From positions 1-58,261 of the forward strand of contig JAUYIT010000030.1 of the NCBI GenBank assembly GCA_030688315.1: a stretch of DNA of 58,261 nucleotides, in the 5' to 3' direction. Source of the stretch: Candidatus Komeilibacteria bacterium. Lineage in GTDB: Bacteria > Patescibacteriota > Patescibacteriia > UBA1558 > UBA10009. The translations under genes and the position numbers were made by a program. The notes under the pieces were generated by a model. It searched no databases. It had not been told where the DNA came from and saw only the letters and a list, made by a program, of their open reading frames with translations. Positions 46,624-55,888 of this stretch are shown here, piece after piece (the first letter of the stretch is position 1; every line of letters begins with the position of its first letter).

Positions 46624-48972
46624 ATGAAAGAAAATAATATTGAAGAAATAACACAACATAAAATAACAGAAGAGGACGAGGATAAGGATCAGAATCAGGA
46701 AAAAAATCCCGTGTTGATTCTTGGTCATCCTCGGTCAGGTACAAATTATCTCAAATCCCTCGTATCTATACATCCAGAGGTGAGTTCTTTAACGGAACCA
46801 TACTCTCTCCATAGCACATTTTTTACTGAAAAAGATGCGGAGGTTTGGAAAAAACATGATTTTGATCCAGAAATTTTTGCCAAAGAGCTGCGAGACTTTC
46901 CATCACTTCAGGAGATGATGAAAACTCTTCAAAATTTTCTAACGCCATCTAAAGAAAGGGTCAATTTAGTTAAGGAGACAACTTTCCTATTAAAACTAGA
47001 GTGGGCCAGAGAATATCTTGAGCATGTGAAAATAATTTTTCTAATAAGAAGCCCTTTCGCGGTAATCTCGTCTTTTCAGGCAAATAATTTATATGATAAA
47101 TGGGGTTACGAAGAGCGCTTTCATACAATTCAAGGACAACTAGATACTAATCTCGAAGAATATAAAGACCTCTCTAGCGCCGTCAATACAGATAGCGAGG
47201 TTAGTAAGCTGGCTTTTTTATGGATTGTGCAGAATTTTGAGGCGATGAAAAACTTAGATCAATTTGAAAATGTCATTGTTAAATACGAGCAACTCCTAGA
47301 AAATACCAAGGTTGAATTGGAACGAATTAATGATTTTATGGATTTAGATTTTAAAGAAATACAAGATCAGTTTATTAAAGAATCTCGAACAGAAACGCTG
47401 GGTAATATGTATTCAACGTTTAACGCGAAAGCGGGTGATAAAGATAAAGCTGGAACATATTTAACACCCGCTGAGATTAGTGAAATAGAAAAAGTTTTGA
47501 ATGCCGCGCGAAAAACAGCGGAAGATATGGGAATTGATTTTGATAAATATTTTTCTTATTCAACTCCTGTTGAGACAAAAAATAATCCTAAGATAAAAGA
47601 TCAAGGTATCCGACCTGAACAAAAAGAATTTAACGCCGATAGTTGTCTCGATTCAAAAGAGCTCATTTTACAAGACATTCTAAGAAATCCCATCGAGTTT
47701 GATAAAATATACTTTTCCCGTTTTCCTATAACAAATACTCAGTTTTGTAGTTTCTTAAATGCCGAAAAGATAAAGAATGAAGAAGATTTAACCTATAAAT
47801 ACTTAAACACTTTTGGAGAGCGTTGTCGTATCCAATTTAATGATGGAATGTATATGGTACAACAGGGGTATGGCCAACACCCCTGTGTCTACGTTAACTG
47901 GTTTGGTTGCAAGGCCTTTTGCGATTGGCTGGGAGTTAAGCTGCCAACATCTGAAACAATTGCGCCTGTCTTAGATTATATTACTTCTAAGGATCAGGAT
48001 TTGAGCGAGGTCAATATTGGTGAAAAGATTGGCGGAATCGTATCTGTTTTAGATATGAATTACCGGAATGAACTATTAAACTTTATTGGAAATACATGGA
48101 AATGGACTGACGCTCCTGATCAGGAAGCTTCGGCTAATAAATATGGCGGCGCCTTTAACTCTTCAAAATACGCTTGGAATACCCTGCCGAAAAGACATAA
48201 GCGCTTCGGTGCTTCAAATCTTGGATTTCAAGTTAACATCCCTCAAATAACAATGGATAAATTATTAATCCCCGATGAAAAAATTTCACATCTGAAAGAC
48301 TTAGTCGGCGTACTCTCGCAAGAGGATTTTGCCGCAACAGAAAACATTTTTTTTGATCTTGATGGGACTTTGCACGACTTCAAAGCCACTGCTCGAATAG
48401 CAATGAGTGAGGTGTATAAGGAAATTAAAGAAAAATTTTCCTTACAAGTAGATAGTTTACAAAAAGCATACGGAGATATTTTAGCGCAAGCAGAAAAACA
48501 AGCCTTTCAAGACGGTAAAACGAGTTTCGATTACAGAACCGAGAGGTTTACGGCTTTATTAAAGGATTTTTCTATTGAAGATGATAAATTTGTTCGCGAA
48601 TTGGTCGAGGTTTATGGCAATATTTTAGAAAAAAATCTGACTATTGATGATACAACCGTGGAAACTTTGCGTTATTTGTCTGGCAAGTATAAACTATTTC
48701 TTCTCACTGAAGGGCCATTGGACGCGCAAATCAGGACTATCGAGAAGTTGGGTATAAATGACTTTTTCACTAAAGTATACACCTCCGGTCAATATGGGGC
48801 GATTAAAGAGACGGGCGATCTTTTTGAAGTGGCCCAAAAAGATTTACAACTTCAAACGGATAGTATTGTTATAGTTGGCGATACTCCATCAAAAGATATT
48901 AGAGGAGCGAATCTTACAGGTATCAAATCAATTTTGATGAGAATTGATAATACAATCAAAGATGCTAAATAA
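46624..48972 (+). CDS. Fusion: sulfotransferase + FGE-sulfatase (SUMF1-like) domain + HAD hydrolase
   Basis: GHPRSGTNYL and IRSPFAVISS; PITNTQFCSFLN, HPCVYVNWFGCKAFCDWLGVKLPT, GNTWKW; FDLDGTL, VGDTPSKDIRGA. Confidence 0.82.
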   Translation: MKENNIEEITQHKITEEDEDKDQNQEKNPVLILGHPRSGTNYLKSLVSIHPEVSSLTEPYSLHSTFFTEKDAEVWKKHDFDPEIFAKELRDFPSLQEMMKTLQNFLTPSKERVNLVKETTFLLKLEWAREYLEHVKIIFLIRSPFAVISSFQANNLYDKWGYEERFHTIQGQLDTNLEEYKDLSSAVNTDSEVSKLAFLWIVQNFEAMKNLDQFENVIVKYEQLLENTKVELERINDFMDLDFKEIQDQFIKESRTETLGNMYSTFNAKAGDKDKAGTYLTPAEISEIEKVLNAARKTAEDMGIDFDKYFSYSTPVETKNNPKIKDQGIRPEQKEFNADSCLDSKELILQDILRNPIEFDKIYFSRFPITNTQFCSFLNAEKIKNEEDLTYKYLNTFGERCRIQFNDGMYMVQQGYGQHPCVYVNWFGCKAFCDWLGVKLPTSETIAPVLDYITSKDQDLSEVNIGEKIGGIVSVLDMNYRNELLNFIGNTWKWTDAPDQEASANKYGGAFNSSKYAWNTLPKRHKRFGASNLGFQVNIPQITMDKLLIPDEKISHLKDLVGVLSQEDFAATENIFFDLDGTLHDFKATARIAMSEVYKEIKEKFSLQVDSLQKAYGDILAQAEKQAFQDGKTSFDYRTERFTALLKDFSIEDDKFVRELVEVYGNILEKNLTIDDTTVETLRYLSGKYKLFLLTEGPLDAQIRTIEKLGINDFFTKVYTSGQYGAIKETGDLFEVAQKDLQLQTDSIVIVGDTPSKDIRGANLTGIKSILMRIDNTIKDAK

Positions 48973-49507
48973 TCCAAAAAATCAAGGTATGGTCTTATGG
49001 TTTACGGGATTATCCGGAGCTGGAAAAACAACTATAGCTAATAAGATTGCCAAAATTTTATCTGAAGAAGGATCTAAGTATGAATTGATAGATGGTGATG
49101 TTCTCCGCGAACAATTAAATTGGGATTTAGGCTTTGACGAAGATGGTCGTAAAAAGAATGTTAATATAGCTGGTTATACGGCAAATTTATTATCTAAACA
49201 TGGTGTGATAGTTTTAGTTACATTAATTTCTCCTTTTAAAGAGCAGCGTGATAGAATAAAAATGTCAATCAATAATTTTGTGGAGATATATGTTAATACT
49301 CCCTTAGAAGTTTGTATTCAAAGAGATCACAAAGGATTATATAAAAAAGCTTTGGCTAATGAAATTCCTAATTTTACCGGCATCTCGCATCCTTACGAAG
49401 CGCCATTGAAACCGGATGTCGAAATAGATACATCGATAATTAGTATCGATGATTGTGTTAAAAAAATTATAAATTTTTTAAATGAAAAAATTGCCAGACT
49501 TGATTAA
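48962..49507 (+). CDS. cysC: Adenylyl-sulfate kinase
   Basis: WFTGLSGAGKTT, IDGD, ISPF, KGLYKKA, NFTGISHPYEAP. Confidence 0.95.
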   Translation: MLNNPKNQGMVLWFTGLSGAGKTTIANKIAKILSEEGSKYELIDGDVLREQLNWDLGFDEDGRKKNVNIAGYTANLLSKHGVIVLVTLISPFKEQRDRIKMSINNFVEIYVNTPLEVCIQRDHKGLYKKALANEIPNFTGISHPYEAPLKPDVEIDTSIISIDDCVKKIINFLNEKIARLD

Positions 49508-49649
49508 GTGTTAGATTTTCCTCACCGGAAATCTTTATTTCACCCAATGATTATTTGGCTAAAACTTTAAAGCTTGTTCCAACTGGGTAGGTATACCCCA
49601 GTACAAACTCTTGACAAAACCCTTTGTTTTTGGTAGTTTAAGATATTAT

Positions 49650-50414
49650 ATGGAAGACCAAATCAAAGAGAGGGCTAAGCCGTATTTTTACCAAGGCACA
49701 GGTGATTCCTTGGCTATTTTGTTTCACGGCTTTACCGGCTCGCCGGACGATTTAAAGGAACTGGCCAAGTTTTTAAACGAGCAGGGTTTATCAGTCAGCG
49801 TGCCGCTGTTGGCCGGCCATGGCCGGCACTGGCTTAATCTGCAGTCATCTTCATACTACGACTGGTGGAAATCCGCCGACGACGAGCTTAAAAAATTTCA
49901 AGGCCAATATAAAAAAATATTTTTGGTCGGCTATTCGTTTGGCGCCAATTTGGCTTTGGATTTGGCGGCCCGTTATCCGGCCCAAGTTATTGGCGTGATC
50001 AGTTTGGGCATTTCGGTATTTTTAAGAAATGAACTGCTCAAAAAATTCCTTTTGCCCATTGTCCATCTGTTTTTAAGCAAATACCATAAGCGCTACGTTA
50101 AACGCCAGCATCTTAATGATTATGAAGATAGCGGCAGTTACGCTTACATTCCCATCAAAAGTTTGCGCGAGTTTTTTTACTTCATCAAAAATTTTACCAA
50201 GCGCGAACTGGCTAAAGTTAAAATGCCGGTGTTAATCATTCATTCCAAAGATGACGCCATTACTCATCCCTTAAGTTCGCAGTTTGTGTATGAGCGCGTT
50301 GGTTCGGGCCGTAAGGAACTGATGTATTTAAACGACCTTAACCACAACCCTTTAAGCAGTAAGCGCAAGAATCTCATTTTTGGCAAGATTGAGGAATTCA
50401 TCAAAACTTTCTAA
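49650..50414 (+). CDS. Alpha/beta-fold carboxylesterase/monoacylglycerol lipase-like protein
   Basis: FHGFTGSP, LAGHG, GYSFG nucleophile elbow, HSKDD, C-terminal His. Confidence 0.9.
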   Translation: MEDQIKERAKPYFYQGTGDSLAILFHGFTGSPDDLKELAKFLNEQGLSVSVPLLAGHGRHWLNLQSSSYYDWWKSADDELKKFQGQYKKIFLVGYSFGANLALDLAARYPAQVIGVISLGISVFLRNELLKKFLLPIVHLFLSKYHKRYVKRQHLNDYEDSGSYAYIPIKSLREFFYFIKNFTKRELAKVKMPVLIIHSKDDAITHPLSSQFVYERVGSGRKELMYLNDLNHNPLSSKRKNLIFGKIEEFIKTF

Positions 50415-50475
50415 ACTTTTTGCAAATCTTGACAGTCAAATTGATTAGCTTTTAAATTGATAATTTTTTCGCATT

Positions 50476-50928
50476 ATGGAACAAGATCATTTTTCGGTAT
50501 TCGTATCGGTTCATATTTTATTTTTAAAGGATGAACGGATTCTTCTTTCACTTAGAAAAAACATCAGTTCCGACGGGTTATATGGATTAGTCGCCGGACA
50601 TTTAGACAAAGGAGAAACCGTAACAAGCGCCATAATTCGCGAAGCAAGGGAGGAAGTTGACGTGGTCATTGAACCCGAAGATATTAAGATAGCGACTGTT
50701 TGCCATAGCTATAACCAGAAAAACGGTAAAGAATTCATACAATTTTATGTCATCTGCAATAAATGGCAGGGAGAATTTAAAAATAATGAACCTGAAAAAT
50801 GCGGCGAACTGAAGTTTTTTCCTCTGAAAAACTTGCCTGAAAATATAGTGCCTTATATAAAAGACGCGATTGATAAAACCATAAACGGAGTTAAATATTA
50901 TGAATATGGCTGGCATGGAGAGTCATAA
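50476..50928 (+). CDS. NUDIX hydrolase
   Basis: AGHLDKGETVTSAIIREAREEV, NNEPEKC. Confidence 0.92.
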   Translation: MEQDHFSVFVSVHILFLKDERILLSLRKNISSDGLYGLVAGHLDKGETVTSAIIREAREEVDVVIEPEDIKIATVCHSYNQKNGKEFIQFYVICNKWQGEFKNNEPEKCGELKFFPLKNLPENIVPYIKDAIDKTINGVKYYEYGWHGES

Positions 50929-51018
50929 TAGTTAAAACGTCTATGTCGCATTTTCGCCTCGATTAGTAACTAAGGGCTGATGATATTGATTTTTTGATTT
51001 TTGTGATAAGATTACGTT

Positions 51019-52761
51019 ATGTCTGAAAACCAAACAATTTTTAATAAATTTGAACAGGCGGTTAAAAAATACCCCAAAAACATCGCTTTGGGCTATAAAC
51101 ACCACAGCCATTTTAAAACCTTAAGCTACGGCCGGTTGCTGGATAAGGTCAACCGCGCCGTGACCGGTTTAAAAAAGCTGGGCGTTAAGCCCGGCGACCG
51201 CGTAGCCATTTTTTCCCGCAACCGGCCGGAATGGGTCAAACTGGATTTGGCTCTAAATAAAATCGGGGCCGTGTGCGTGCCCATTCATACCACGCTTTCG
51301 CCGCGCCTGATTAAACACATCATCCAAAATTCCGGCGCCCGTTTTTTAGCTATCGGCGATTTGTTTTCCAAATATCAGGAAATCGCGGATCAGCTTCAGC
51401 TGGCCTCCGTGATCACTTTCAACCGCATTGAGTGGAAGCAAGGTTTGGTTTATTTTGAAGATTTAATGAAGGAAAAGCCGGACCAAAACGAACCGTCGGA
51501 TTTTTCCGCCTCAAACGGCGTGGCCAGCATCATTTACACTTCCGGCACCACCGGCGACCCCAAGGGCGTGGCTTTAACCAATCAGAATTTTATCTCCAAT
51601 ATTTACGCCGCCACCCAGTACGTGCCTTACAACTCGCGCGACGTATTTTTGTCTTTTTTGTATCTCTCGCACGTGCTGGAAAGAACCGGCGGTTATTTGG
51701 CGCCTTTGTTCCATGGCGCGTCCGTTTATTTTGCCGAAAGCGCCAAAACCGTGGCCGAGGATTTAAAAAAAGTAAAACCCACCATTTTACTTTCCGTGCC
51801 GCGGGTGTTTGAAAAAGCCTACGATAAGGTTATGGACCGCGTCCGCGCCTCCTCTTTTTTCAAGCAAAAACTGTTTTTTAGCTCGCTGGAAATTTCGCGC
51901 ATGTATTTAAAGGCTAAAAGAGACAGTTCACCGTTAAAACCGTTTTTTAAGATAACGCATTTTTTGGCGGACCGGCTGGTGTTAAAAAAAGTCCGGCAGG
52001 CCCTGGGCGGGCATTTAAAATTTTCCATTTCCGGCGGCGCTCCCTTAAATCCTTCGGTGGCCAGATTTATTGAAGCCATCGGCGTTAAAATTCTGGAGGG
52101 TTACGGCTTAACCGAAACCTCGCCGATAATTTCAGTTAATCCTTTAAACGGCTATCGTTTTGGCACGGTGGGCAAAGTAATCCCGGGTGTGGAAGTAAAA
52201 ATCGCCGAGGATAAGGAAATTTTGGTTAAAGGCCACAACGTTATGTCAGGTTATTTTAACAACGAGGCCGGTACTCAGGAAGTTATTCAGGACGGTTGGT
52301 TTAAAACGGGGGATTTGGGTTTTTTGGATAAGGATAATTTTTTGACCATTATCGGCCGTAAAAAGGAAATGATCGTCACTAGTAACGGCAAAAACGTCAA
52401 CCCTAACAATATTGAAAACGCATTAGTGGAAAACAAGTACATTATGCAGGCCATGGTTTACGGCGACAAACAAAAGCATATCAGCGCGCTTGTTGTGCCG
52501 GATTTTGAGCAGTTAAAATTATGGGCCGAAGAAAACAATCTGGCCGGCGAAATTTACGAATTGGTTAAACAGCCCAAGGTGGTGGAATTGTATCAGCGTG
52601 AAATAACCGAAAAGCTTAAGGATTTTCCGGAAAACGAGCAGGTTAAAAATTTCATCCTGCTGGATAGGGAATTTAAGGAAGAAAAGGAAGAGCTGACGCC
52701 CACCCTTAAACTCCGCCGCTCCAAGATCCTTGCAAATTTTAAGGATTTGCTGGATAATTAA
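51019..52761 (+). CDS. fadD: Long-chain fatty acid--CoA ligase (FadD15-like)
   Basis: IYTSGTTGDPKGV, EGYGLTETSP, WFKTGDLG, GRKKE, ELTPTLKLRR. Confidence 0.9.
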   Translation: MSENQTIFNKFEQAVKKYPKNIALGYKHHSHFKTLSYGRLLDKVNRAVTGLKKLGVKPGDRVAIFSRNRPEWVKLDLALNKIGAVCVPIHTTLSPRLIKHIIQNSGARFLAIGDLFSKYQEIADQLQLASVITFNRIEWKQGLVYFEDLMKEKPDQNEPSDFSASNGVASIIYTSGTTGDPKGVALTNQNFISNIYAATQYVPYNSRDVFLSFLYLSHVLERTGGYLAPLFHGASVYFAESAKTVAEDLKKVKPTILLSVPRVFEKAYDKVMDRVRASSFFKQKLFFSSLEISRMYLKAKRDSSPLKPFFKITHFLADRLVLKKVRQALGGHLKFSISGGAPLNPSVARFIEAIGVKILEGYGLTETSPIISVNPLNGYRFGTVGKVIPGVEVKIAEDKEILVKGHNVMSGYFNNEAGTQEVIQDGWFKTGDLGFLDKDNFLTIIGRKKEMIVTSNGKNVNPNNIENALVENKYIMQAMVYGDKQKHISALVVPDFEQLKLWAEENNLAGEIYELVKQPKVVELYQREITEKLKDFPENEQVKNFILLDREFKEEKEELTPTLKLRRSKILANFKDLLDN

Positions 52762-52766
52762 GAACA

Positions 52767-53438
52767 ATGTCATACCAAAGCGTAATTTTACTCGGAGCCG
52801 CGGCCATGAATTTGTATCTGGCCGGCTTTGTCTTTTTTAGGAACCGATTAAGCGCGGTTAATTTTTATTATTCCTTGATGGTTTTGTGCGGCACCTTTTG
52901 GATTATGGGCTTATTGGGCTATTCATTGTCTTTAGATAACCCAGTCAACCGTCTGGCTTTTGTTAATATTTTGTATATCGCCACTTTACTCACCGGTTTT
53001 TATTTTTTTATTTTTACCTGTCATTTTCCTTATCCGACTTTTAGATTGCCAAAATGGCTGACAGCCGTTTTATACGCGATTGTTTTTGGCTTTTCTTTTC
53101 TGTTAAGCGTTAAGCCGGATTTTTTGCTCAATTTTAGTTTATTGGATACAAACGTGGAAGTAACGCAAATGTTGAATTATCTGATTTTTTCAATATTTTT
53201 TGGCGCGTTTGTTTTAGCTGGATTTATCGTTTTGTTTAAAAAGTATAAAAGGTCAGAAGGCATCCACAAAAGACAGATTGTTTATGTTTTATGGGGCACA
53301 GCCCTGACCTACATCTTAGCCACCATAACTAATTTATTGCCCTCGTTTTGGAATTCTTACCAGACCTACTGGCTGGGACCAGTTTTTACTTTGTTCAACG
53401 CCTTTGCCATCGCTTATCTTATTTTCAGAAAAAATTAA
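52767..53438 (+). CDS. Stand-alone 7TM receptor-like membrane protein (HisKA_7TM-like)
   Basis: Seven hydrophobic helices; N..L...VF.RN, FTCHFP and IAYLI patterns; no cytoplasmic kinase. Confidence 0.72.
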   Translation: MSYQSVILLGAAAMNLYLAGFVFFRNRLSAVNFYYSLMVLCGTFWIMGLLGYSLSLDNPVNRLAFVNILYIATLLTGFYFFIFTCHFPYPTFRLPKWLTAVLYAIVFGFSFLLSVKPDFLLNFSLLDTNVEVTQMLNYLIFSIFFGAFVLAGFIVLFKKYKRSEGIHKRQIVYVLWGTALTYILATITNLLPSFWNSYQTYWLGPVFTLFNAFAIAYLIFRKN

Positions 53439-53442
53439 CCGT

Positions 53443-53534
53443 TTGACGGAATTTAGCGAAAGTTCTATACTTTAAATAATTGAATATAAAGGGTCAAAAA
53501 ATCCTAGCCAAACTAGGGCATTTTGACCCTTTTT
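53443..53534 (+). promoter_or_regulatory. Promoter plus AAGGGTCA hairpin element, copy 2
   Basis: TTGACG-17-TATACT-TTAAATAATTGAATATA-AAGGGTCAAAA-AAT-CCTAG-CCAAA-CTAGG-GCA-TTTTGACCCTT-TTT. Confidence 0.7.
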
Positions 53535-53664
53535 GTAACAAATTAGGTTTATTTACGTCTTATTATATAAGCGACCATTAAATTTTATAAGTTCTTTAAA
53601 TTGCCATTAACCCGGTTATTAACTGGGTTGTATCAATTAGCAGGTCTGAAAGGAGGTGATAAAA

Positions 53665-53808
53665 TTGACCAGTCAGCCGATCGATGATCAGGCTTTGCCG
53701 CGGTTTTCACTTTTCGCTTCAATGAGCGCCGCTTTGCAAAGTCAGCAGGCAGATTGCGACTGCGATTGCGACTGCGATTGCGACGATGGCAACATCGACG
53801 ATTACTAA
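53665..53808 (+). CDS. RiPP precursor candidate MTSQPIDDQALPRFSLFASMSAALQSQQADCDCDCDCDCDDGNIDDY
   Basis: TTG start 4 nt after AAAGGAGGTGAT; (GAY TGC)5 repeat with alternating synonymous Asp codons; upstream of a radical SAM/SPASM gene. Confidence 0.85.
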   Translation: MTSQPIDDQALPRFSLFASMSAALQSQQADCDCDCDCDCDDGNIDDY

Positions 53809-53821
53809 TCGTCCAACATCA

Positions 53822-53858
53822 GCGGGGGAGAGCATGTCCGCTTCCCCCGCATTTTTTT
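53822..53858 (+). terminator. Terminator-like hairpin after the precursor gene
   Basis: GCGGGGGA..GC/GCTTCCCCCGC followed by ATTTTTTT. Confidence 0.75.
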
Positions 53859-53861
53859 CAT

Positions 53862-54527
53862 ATGGAATTGCAATTCACATACGATGCGGATAAAGAGTTT
53901 CATAATTTTTATAACTCTTTCAAGTCAGTTAACCATTTCGCTTGGAGTAAAAGGCAGAAAGATTTTTTTTCCGTTTTCCCGAAACTAACAAAAGAATCCG
54001 CTCGGCAGTTTTCCCAACATTATATCGCGGATAATAAAATTAATGTTCCTCGTGTTCTGCAAACAATTAAAAATCAATGGTCAATGGTGGGAAAGGAATT
54101 TTTTAAGAGGGCGGATGGTATTTATAAAACTTCCTTGCCGCAAAAATCCATTAACGTTTATTTGACCGTGCATGACAGATGTTCCTACAGTTTTAAAAGA
54201 AGCGAATTTTTTATACATTTTAATTTGGAAGCGACCAACAAAACAATTATGCACGAACTTTGGCACTGGTATTTTTATTTCACGGTCGGGAAAGAAATTG
54301 AAACGCGATCTGGTATCAAAATTTACAACGATATCAAAGAAGCGTTGACCGTTTTGCTAAATGTTGAATTTAATGATCTGCTGGGCGGCGCGGAAGATAA
54401 GGGTTATCCGCAGCATGGCGACTTACGCGAGTTTATCGTCGGCGCTTACGAGGAAACGAATAATATTTATAAAACCATCAATCGCACTTTACAATATCTG
54501 AAGTCAAACAGAGAGGAGATATCGTGA
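53862..54527 (+). CDS. HExxH (gluzincin-like) metallopeptidase-family protein
   Basis: TIMHELWHWYF plus DIKEALT third ligand; start reassigned to ATG 53862 (MELQF); GTGA overlap with the next gene. Confidence 0.75.
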   Translation: MELQFTYDADKEFHNFYNSFKSVNHFAWSKRQKDFFSVFPKLTKESARQFSQHYIADNKINVPRVLQTIKNQWSMVGKEFFKRADGIYKTSLPQKSINVYLTVHDRCSYSFKRSEFFIHFNLEATNKTIMHELWHWYFYFTVGKEIETRSGIKIYNDIKEALTVLLNVEFNDLLGGAEDKGYPQHGDLREFIVGAYEETNNIYKTINRTLQYLKSNREEIS

Positions 54528-55804
54528 TTCCGGCATTAGTCCAGTGGGAATTGACCGAGCGATGCAATTATCGCTGTCAGCATTGCTACCGGTTGGATAC
54601 AACCGGCGCTCCGGGACCCGCGCAAGAACTGAGCGACGGGCAAATGTGGCAAATCGCCCGCAAATTGATTGAGAACCGGCTGTTTTTTGTGACTTTAACC
54701 GGCGGAGAGCCGCTGGTTAGGAAAAATCTGGCTGTTGATTTGTGCCGTTTTTTGACAGAAAACGGCGTCAGGGTTTCGCTGAACACCAACTTACTCCTAA
54801 TGGATGAGGTGTCGTTCGGCAAATTCCAGTTGCGAGGACTGTTGATTTCCTGTCCGTCAGCCAATCCGGTTCTGTACCGCTTGGTTACCGGCAATGGCGA
54901 TTACCGGAGGTTTGAACGAAAACTGAAATTCGTTCTTTCTTCCGCCGCTCATTGCACGGTCAATATGGTCGTCAATCGCCTTAACTTAGGCGATATCCGC
55001 GCCACGGCTCTCAAACTGGCCAAACTCGGCGTCAAATCTTTTGCCGCGACTCCGGTCAGTTTAAATCCTCGCGCGCCGCGGCCGGATCTGCTATTATCCC
55101 TGGAAGAACTGCGAGGGGTTTTGGAAGATTTGATCTGGGTTAATCAGGAGCTGGGTCTGGAGGTTGATGTTATGGAAGCCCTGCCAAAATGCGCCATTCC
55201 CGTCAGGGCTTTTGAATTAAAACTGCCTTTTATCGGACGTTCCTGTTTTGCGGGCAAGCGCAATGGAACAATTTCGCCAGCGGGCGAGGTCAGGCCATGC
55301 GGACATAACCCTAACAGTTTCGGCAACATTTTAAAGGAGGAGGTGTCGGATATTTGGGAGCGACTTGGAAACTGGCGGGAAAATACCGGCAACCATCACC
55401 GCAATTGCCTGGCTTGCGATATCCAAAGCAGTTGCGACGGCGGTTGTAGGTTTAGCGGACATCCTCAAGATCCTTCAGCCGTTACGGTTCAAAAGTATTT
55501 AGAGGTTTCTCCTGCTTCCAACCGCTGCTCGGCGCAAATTTTATTCACGCCCCAAACAATAGTCCGGCCTTACCGCCAGATCTTGGCCCGCCGCGAAGGC
55601 GATAATTGGCTGTTATGCTCAAATTCGCCCAGAAATTTGCTGACGGTCAATCAGGATTTGTACGGGTTTATTCTTCAAACCCGCCAAATTCAACCCACCG
55701 CCATAGCCGATCTGGCTGAAAATTTCGGATCTAACTTCAATGATCCTGATTTCCAATCGGTCATGACGACCCTGATTTCCAAGTCGTACTTCCTGGTTTG
55801 CTGA
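54524..55804 (+). CDS. Radical SAM/SPASM peptide maturase with probable C-terminal RRE (PqqD-like) domain
   Basis: CNYRCQHC, TGGEPL, SPASM cysteines CFAG..VRPC..CLAC..SCDGGC; C-terminal three-strand/three-helix-like segment. Confidence 0.9.
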   Translation: MIPALVQWELTERCNYRCQHCYRLDTTGAPGPAQELSDGQMWQIARKLIENRLFFVTLTGGEPLVRKNLAVDLCRFLTENGVRVSLNTNLLLMDEVSFGKFQLRGLLISCPSANPVLYRLVTGNGDYRRFERKLKFVLSSAAHCTVNMVVNRLNLGDIRATALKLAKLGVKSFAATPVSLNPRAPRPDLLLSLEELRGVLEDLIWVNQELGLEVDVMEALPKCAIPVRAFELKLPFIGRSCFAGKRNGTISPAGEVRPCGHNPNSFGNILKEEVSDIWERLGNWRENTGNHHRNCLACDIQSSCDGGCRFSGHPQDPSAVTVQKYLEVSPASNRCSAQILFTPQTIVRPYRQILARREGDNWLLCSNSPRNLLTVNQDLYGFILQTRQIQPTAIADLAENFGSNFNDPDFQSVMTTLISKSYFLVC

Positions 55805-55851
55805 ATTTCATCAAACAGAAGCGCGAATATCAGAACGGGCATCAAACAATC

Positions 55852-55882
55852 CGGCGTTTAGCAATAGACGCCGATTTTTTTT
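55852..55882 (+). terminator. Intrinsic terminator ending the RiPP cluster
   Basis: CGGCGTTTA-GCAA-TAGACGCCG followed by a T run. Confidence 0.75.
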
Positions 55883-55888
55883 ACGCGT

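Noticed and set aside
53752-53784. GAYTGC hexamer run as a non-coding microsatellite or CRISPR remnant
   Set aside because: Variation is confined to synonymous third positions inside an SD-led ORF, and there are no spacers.
53754-53861. N-terminal extension MRLRLRLRLRR of the 257-aa ORF
   Set aside because: It is an alternative-frame reading of the (Asp-Cys)5 repeat and runs through a terminator-like hairpin; the SD supports the precursor frame and ATG 53862 is the plausible start.
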